From Alphaproteobacteria bacterium (GTDB lineage Bacteria; Pseudomonadota; Alphaproteobacteria; JAAXGF01): a stretch of DNA of 64,000 nt. Shown here in pieces: positions 59,474 to 64,000 of this stretch (positions are counted from its first letter, which is position 1; each line of letters starts with the position of its first letter). The position numbers were made by a program, and so were the translations under genes. The stretch lies in NCBI GenBank assembly GCA_963555825.3, contig CAUVXB020000002.1, positions 2,688,001 through 2,752,000 on the forward strand, read 5' to 3'. A model generated the notes under the pieces. It was not told the origin of the DNA and did not search any database. It saw nothing but the letters and a program-made list of their open reading frames with translations.

Positions 59474-60910
59474 ATGGTTCAAGCAAGAGATCTCGACCGG
59501 ATGGCGGAACCCAGCCATCAGGACATCGTCGCCGGTCTTGTGGCGCGGTCCCGCGCCGCCATGGCGGCCTTCCGCAACGACGACCAGGCGGCCGTCGACG
59601 AGGCGGTCACCGCGCTCGCCTGGTCGATCTACCAGCCCGATCGCGCCCGCGAGCTGGCCGAGCTGGCGGTGGCCGACACCGGGCTGGGCAACGTGCCGGA
59701 CAAGGTCGCCAAGAATACCCGCAAGACTTTCGGGACGCTGCGCGATCTGCTGCGCGTGAAATCGGTCGGCGTGATCGAGGAATTACCTGACCGGGGCCTC
59801 GTCAAATACGCCAAGCCGGTGGGCGTGGTGGGTGCCGTCGTGCCCTCGACCAATCCCTCGGCGACCCCCGTCAACAAGGCGATGATGGCGGTGAAGGGCG
59901 GCAACGCGGTGATCATCGCCCCCTCGCCGGCTGGGCAGGAGACCACCACCCGGACCGTCGCGCTGATGTGCGCGGAGCTCGCCCGCACCGGCCACCCGGA
60001 GGATCTGGTTCAGGTCTTGCCGGCCCCGGTGTCCAAGGCGCTCACCCAGGCCCTGATGGAGGCGGTCGATCTCGTCGTGGTGACCGGCTCCCAGAACAAC
60101 GTCCACCGGGCCTATTCCAGCGGCACCCCGGCGATCGGGGTCGGCGCCGGCAACGTGCCCGTGATCGTGATCGTGGACGCGAGCGCTGATCTCGAAGACG
60201 CCGCGCGTAAGATCCGGGCCTCGAAAATATTCGACAACGCGACCTCCTGCTCCTCGGAGAACGCGCTGGTCATCCTCGACGAGGTTTATGAAGAGACCAT
60301 GCGGTCACTCGAAGCCGTGGGCGGCTACCGGGCGGACGCGGCGGACAAAGCCCGCATCGCCGAGGCACTGTGGGTCGACGGCAAGCTGAACCGGCATCTG
60401 ATCGCCAAGGACGCCGCGGTCTTCGCCGAGACCGTCGTGCTGCCGGCCGCCGCGGCAGAGGCGGATTTCTTTCTGGTCGAGGAGGCGGAGATCGGCGGAC
60501 CGCGGTCGTTCGCCGATGAGAAGCTGTCGCTCGTCCTGACGGTCTACCGGGCGGCCGACTTCGAGGAGGCCTTCGAGACCGTCCGGCGCCTGCTTTGCGT
60601 CCAGGGCCGGGGTCATTCCTGCGGTATCCACACGAAGGACGCAAACCACGCCCGAGCGCTGGCGGAGCGGATGGACGTGGTCCGCGTCCTGGTGAACCAG
60701 CCCCACACCTTCGGCAACGGCGGCGGGTTCGACAACGGGCTCAACTTCACCCTCTCCATGGGTTGCGGCACCTGGGCCGGCAACTCCATCAGCGAGAACC
60801 TGAACTACCGCCACTTCATCAACGTGACCCACCTGGTGACCGTGATTCCCGAGGACCGGCCGAGCGAAGACACGCTGTTCGGCGCCTACTGGGCGAAACA
60901 CGGGCGATAA
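59474..60910 (+). CDS. CoA-acylating aldehyde dehydrogenase, SauS (sulfoacetaldehyde dehydrogenase)-like
   Basis: KPVGVVGAVVPSTNP, GVGAGN, SKIFDNATSCSSEN, GHSCGIH, LSMGCGTW..NSISENLNYRHF. Confidence 0.85.
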   Translation: MVQARDLDRMAEPSHQDIVAGLVARSRAAMAAFRNDDQAAVDEAVTALAWSIYQPDRARELAELAVADTGLGNVPDKVAKNTRKTFGTLRDLLRVKSVGVIEELPDRGLVKYAKPVGVVGAVVPSTNPSATPVNKAMMAVKGGNAVIIAPSPAGQETTTRTVALMCAELARTGHPEDLVQVLPAPVSKALTQALMEAVDLVVVTGSQNNVHRAYSSGTPAIGVGAGNVPVIVIVDASADLEDAARKIRASKIFDNATSCSSENALVILDEVYEETMRSLEAVGGYRADAADKARIAEALWVDGKLNRHLIAKDAAVFAETVVLPAAAAEADFFLVEEAEIGGPRSFADEKLSLVLTVYRAADFEEAFETVRRLLCVQGRGHSCGIHTKDANHARALAERMDVVRVLVNQPHTFGNGGGFDNGLNFTLSMGCGTWAGNSISENLNYRHFINVTHLVTVIPEDRPSEDTLFGAYWAKHGR

Positions 60911-60924
60911 CGGGGCGGCGTGTC

Positions 60925-62085
60925 ATGAATTTCGAAGAGCAGGCGGCAAAACCGCTCCTGGCCGCGGCCGGGATCAGGGTCCCCGAGGGCCGGCTGGTCG
61001 CCACCGCCGAGGAAGCCGCCCAAGCGGCGGGGGACCTGGGCCCAGTCGTCGTCAAGGCCCAGGCGCCGACCGGCAAGCGGGGCAAGGCGGGCGGCGTGCG
61101 TCCGGCCGACAGCCCGGCGGAAGCCCGAGCCGCTGCCGCTGCCATTCTCGGCATGGAGATCGGCGGCCACCGGATCGAGCGGCTGTTGGTCGAGCGCCGC
61201 GCCGAGATCGCGAAGGAGTACTATGCCGCGATCCTCAACGACCCGGAGAGCCGCGGCCCGCTGGTGCTGTTCTCGGCCATGGGGGGCATGGATGTCGAAG
61301 ACGTGGCAAGCGCGGCGCCGGATGCCATGCGCCGCCTGCCGTTCGATATTCGCAGCGGCCTAACCGCCGAGCAAGCGGGCGCCCTGGTGGCCGATCTGCT
61401 GCCCGAGACCGAGACCCAGGCGGTCGCCGGGCTGCTGGTCAATCTCGCGCGCGTCTACCAGGAGAACGACGCCGAACTGCTCGAGATCAATCCCCTGGCG
61501 GTCACCCGGAACGGGGGCTTGGTCGCGCTCGACTGCAAGCTGGTGCTCGACGATTCGGCGGTGAAGCGCCGCGAACAGCTGGCCGCGACCGGAAGCCCGG
61601 AACGCTTGAGCGGTTTGGAGGCGCGCGGCCAGGACCTGGGCATCAAGTATATCGAGCTGGACGGCGAGGTGGGCATCATGGCCAACGGCGCCGGGCTCAC
61701 CATGACGACGATGGACGTGGTCAGCCACTACGGCGGCCGGCCGGCCAATTTCATGGAGATCGGCGGCGAGGCCTACACCAAGGCGACCGAGGCCCTGGAA
61801 CTGGTGCTCGCCAATCCCAGGGTGAAAAGCCTGGTGGTCAACTTCTGCGGCGCCTTCGCGCGCACCGAGGTCATGACCGAGGGTGTGGTCCGCGCCTGGG
61901 AGGCCCTACAGCCGAAGGTCCCGGTCTTCTTCTCGGTCAACGGGACGGGCGACGTGGAAGCGCGCGCCTTGCTGCGCGAGCGCCTCGGCATCGAGCCCTT
62001 TGCCACCATGGACGAAGCCTGCCGGGCGGCGGTGGACGCCGCCCGGGATGCCGTGGTGGATGCCGGGGGGGAGGCCGCCGGATGA
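60925..62085 (+). CDS. ADP-forming acyl-CoA synthetase beta subunit (SucC-like)
   Basis: VVKAQ..GKRGKAGGV, EINPL, ALDCK, NGAGLTMTTMD, PANFMEIGG. Confidence 0.9.
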   Translation: MNFEEQAAKPLLAAAGIRVPEGRLVATAEEAAQAAGDLGPVVVKAQAPTGKRGKAGGVRPADSPAEARAAAAAILGMEIGGHRIERLLVERRAEIAKEYYAAILNDPESRGPLVLFSAMGGMDVEDVASAAPDAMRRLPFDIRSGLTAEQAGALVADLLPETETQAVAGLLVNLARVYQENDAELLEINPLAVTRNGGLVALDCKLVLDDSAVKRREQLAATGSPERLSGLEARGQDLGIKYIELDGEVGIMANGAGLTMTTMDVVSHYGGRPANFMEIGGEAYTKATEALELVLANPRVKSLVVNFCGAFARTEVMTEGVVRAWEALQPKVPVFFSVNGTGDVEARALLRERLGIEPFATMDEACRAAVDAARDAVVDAGGEAAG

Positions 62086-62951
62086 TCCTCCGCAAGCACG
62101 ACCGGGTGCTGGTTCAGGGCATCACCGGCAAGCAGGGCACCTTCTGGACCGAGAAGATGCAGGCCTACGGCACCTCTATCGTCGGCGGCGTCAACCCGAA
62201 GAAGGCCGGGACGGTCCATTGCGGCGTGCCGGTCCATGGCTCGGCCCGCGAAGCCATGGCGGCAGACGGTTTCGACCATTCGGTGCTGTTCATTCCGCCG
62301 CTGGGCGTGAAGGCGGCGGCGCTCGACGCCATCGAGGCCGGCGCCAAGGGCCTCTCGATCCTGACCGAGCACATTCCCGTTCAGGACGTCATGTACGTCC
62401 TTGCCGCCGCGCGCGACAACGGCACCCGCATCCTCGGCCCCAACACGGCCGGCCAGGTGACCCCCGGCGAGTGCTTCGTCGGTTTCATGCCGGCTTTCAA
62501 CCAGGCGGTCTTCCGGACCGGCCGGGTCGGCGTCGTCTCGCGCAGCGGCAGTCTCGGGGTCCTGGTCTGCCTCGGCCTGGTTCAGGCGGGTCTCGGCATC
62601 TCCGCTTTCATCGGCATCGGCGGCGATCCGGTGATCGGCACCCACACGGCCGAGGCCGTCGAGATGCTGGACCGCTTCGAGACCACCGACGCGGTGGTGA
62701 TCGTCGGCGAGATCGGCGGCACCATGGAGGAGGCCGCGGCGGACTATGTGGCCGGCATGGAAAAGCCGGTCGCGGCCTTCATCGCCGGCGCGGCGGCCCC
62801 GGCGGGCAAGAAGATGGGTCACGCCGGCGCCATCGTCTCCGGCGGCAAGGGAACCTACGACGCCAAGCGCCGTGCCCTGGAAGAAGCCGGCGCCGTGGTG
62901 CTCGACACCCCGGCGGATATCGGCGCCGTCGTGCGAACTCGGCTCGGATAA
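62082..62951 (+). CDS. ADP-forming acyl-CoA synthetase alpha subunit (SucD-like)
   Basis: [38 protein letters not shown] (phospho-His). Confidence 0.92.
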   Translation: MILRKHDRVLVQGITGKQGTFWTEKMQAYGTSIVGGVNPKKAGTVHCGVPVHGSAREAMAADGFDHSVLFIPPLGVKAAALDAIEAGAKGLSILTEHIPVQDVMYVLAAARDNGTRILGPNTAGQVTPGECFVGFMPAFNQAVFRTGRVGVVSRSGSLGVLVCLGLVQAGLGISAFIGIGGDPVIGTHTAEAVEMLDRFETTDAVVIVGEIGGTMEEAAADYVAGMEKPVAAFIAGAAAPAGKKMGHAGAIVSGGKGTYDAKRRALEEAGAVVLDTPADIGAVVRTRLG

Positions 62952-63105
62952 CCAACCCCTCCAGGCCCGCCGGCATGGCATCGATTTTTCGGTTTGCCAG
63001 AACGGTTGCGCGCACCCAAGTTATCTGTGATATCGAGGACGATCCGCACCAGCAGGCGGGTGGCGGACGGGTGGCGAATAGGTATGGGGTTTGGGGACCA
63101 AATGA

Positions 63106-63848
63106 ATGCGATTTGAGGCGCCGGAAACACTCGATGCGGCCGTGACTCTGCTGCGCGGCGAAACGGGTTTGGCGCGGCCGCTCGCAGGCGGGACCGACCA
63201 ACTGGTCCAGTTGCGTGCGGGGTTCGTCGAGCCGGATCTGGTCGTCGATTTGAAGCGGATCCCGGAGATGCGCCACATTACGGCCGAGAACGGCGGATTC
63301 CGGATCGGCGCCGCGGTGTCGGGCGCGGAGCTCGGCGAGCATCCCGAGCTCAAGAGATCCTGGCCCGGCGTGGTCGAAGCGACCGAGCTGATCGGGTCGA
63401 CGCAGATCCAGGGGCGCGCGTCGCTCGGCGGAAATCTCTGCAACGCCTCGCCGGCGGCCGACAGCGTGCCGGCGATGATGGCGGCAGAAGCGACCATTAC
63501 GGTAGCCGGGCCGGATGGCCGGCGCGACGTTCCGGTCGAGGAAATCATAACCGGTCCGGGCAAAACGTGCCTGGCCAGGGACGAAATCGTCGTTGCCGTA
63601 AACCTGCCGCCGCGGCCGGCCCATTCGGGCGATGCCTATCTCAGGTTCATTCCCCGCACCGAGATGGATATCGCCGTGGTCGGCGTGGGGGTCAGCCTGA
63701 CGCTGGACGACGCCGGTCTCTGCACCCACGCCCGTGTCGCGCTGGGAGCCGTCGCGGCCACGCCGATCCTGGTGCCCGACGCCGCAGCCGCCTTGATCGG
63801 GACGGCCGTCGGCGAGGATGCCTTGACGCGGATGGCGGCGGCCGGCGT
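63106..63848 (+). pseudogene. Xanthine/CO dehydrogenase-family FAD subunit (CoxM-like), C-terminally truncated
   Basis: Manual translation: MRFEAP, LAGGTD, IGSTQIQGRASLGGNLCNASPAAD, RTEMDIA, RVALGAV. The expected final segment is replaced by unrelated sequence. Confidence 0.8.
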
Positions 63849-64000
63849 TGTCACGTTAACCGCCATTTGGCCAGCTTGTGGGCGCCGACGCCGGAGATTA
63901 TGCAACGGTCGTCACTTGCCGCCACTGTCTCATCGCGTCGCCGCGGAATTGGCGGAGTGTTCGGCGGGAGACCAGATGGCGTTGGACGTTGAAGAGGTTG
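63849..64000 (+). mobile_element. Probable left end of an IS (IS21-like), running off the window
   Basis: TGTCACGTTAACCGCC.. start, a loosely repeated terminal motif, and GGGAG RBS plus ATG at 63976. Confidence 0.4.

Noticed and set aside
60925-62951. Calling these housekeeping sucCD
   Set aside because: Divergent motifs (CGAFARTE, GPNTAG, SRSGSL) and catabolic context indicate a paralog.

Overview
GC-rich alphaproteobacterial-type chromosomal window (alpha-type LexA box, cbtBA, imuABC). It has four parts. (1) A cobalamin biosynthesis and cobalt uptake cluster (about 1.5-33.5 kb) with two B12 riboswitches, mixing aerobic (cobN, cobW) and anaerobic-type (cbiD, cbiG, cbiX) genes. A 7.5-kb islet appears to have integrated into the cobT 3' end, and many IS and MITE elements are inserted. 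(2) An IS1111-type IS110 element whose bridge-RNA guides can be read from the sequence; it sits in a palindromic repeat next to a repeat-bounded VOC/dehydrogenase segment. (3) A LexA-controlled imuA-imuB-dnaE2 operon with a REP-associated tyrosine transposase (RAYT) embedded and translationally coupled between imuB and dnaE2. This is followed by methylmalonyl-CoA mutase, a class V aminotransferase, an adenylate cyclase, pyruvate carboxylase, meaB and rpmB, with dispersed REP copies. (4) A pile-up of IS remnants (55.4-58.6 kb) and a damaged catabolic operon (tctA', SauS-like acylating aldehyde dehydrogenase, ADP-forming CoA ligase beta/alpha, truncated CoxM-like FAD subunit). No rRNA, tRNA or CRISPR array was seen. 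All calls come from reading motifs by eye; no database searches were run.
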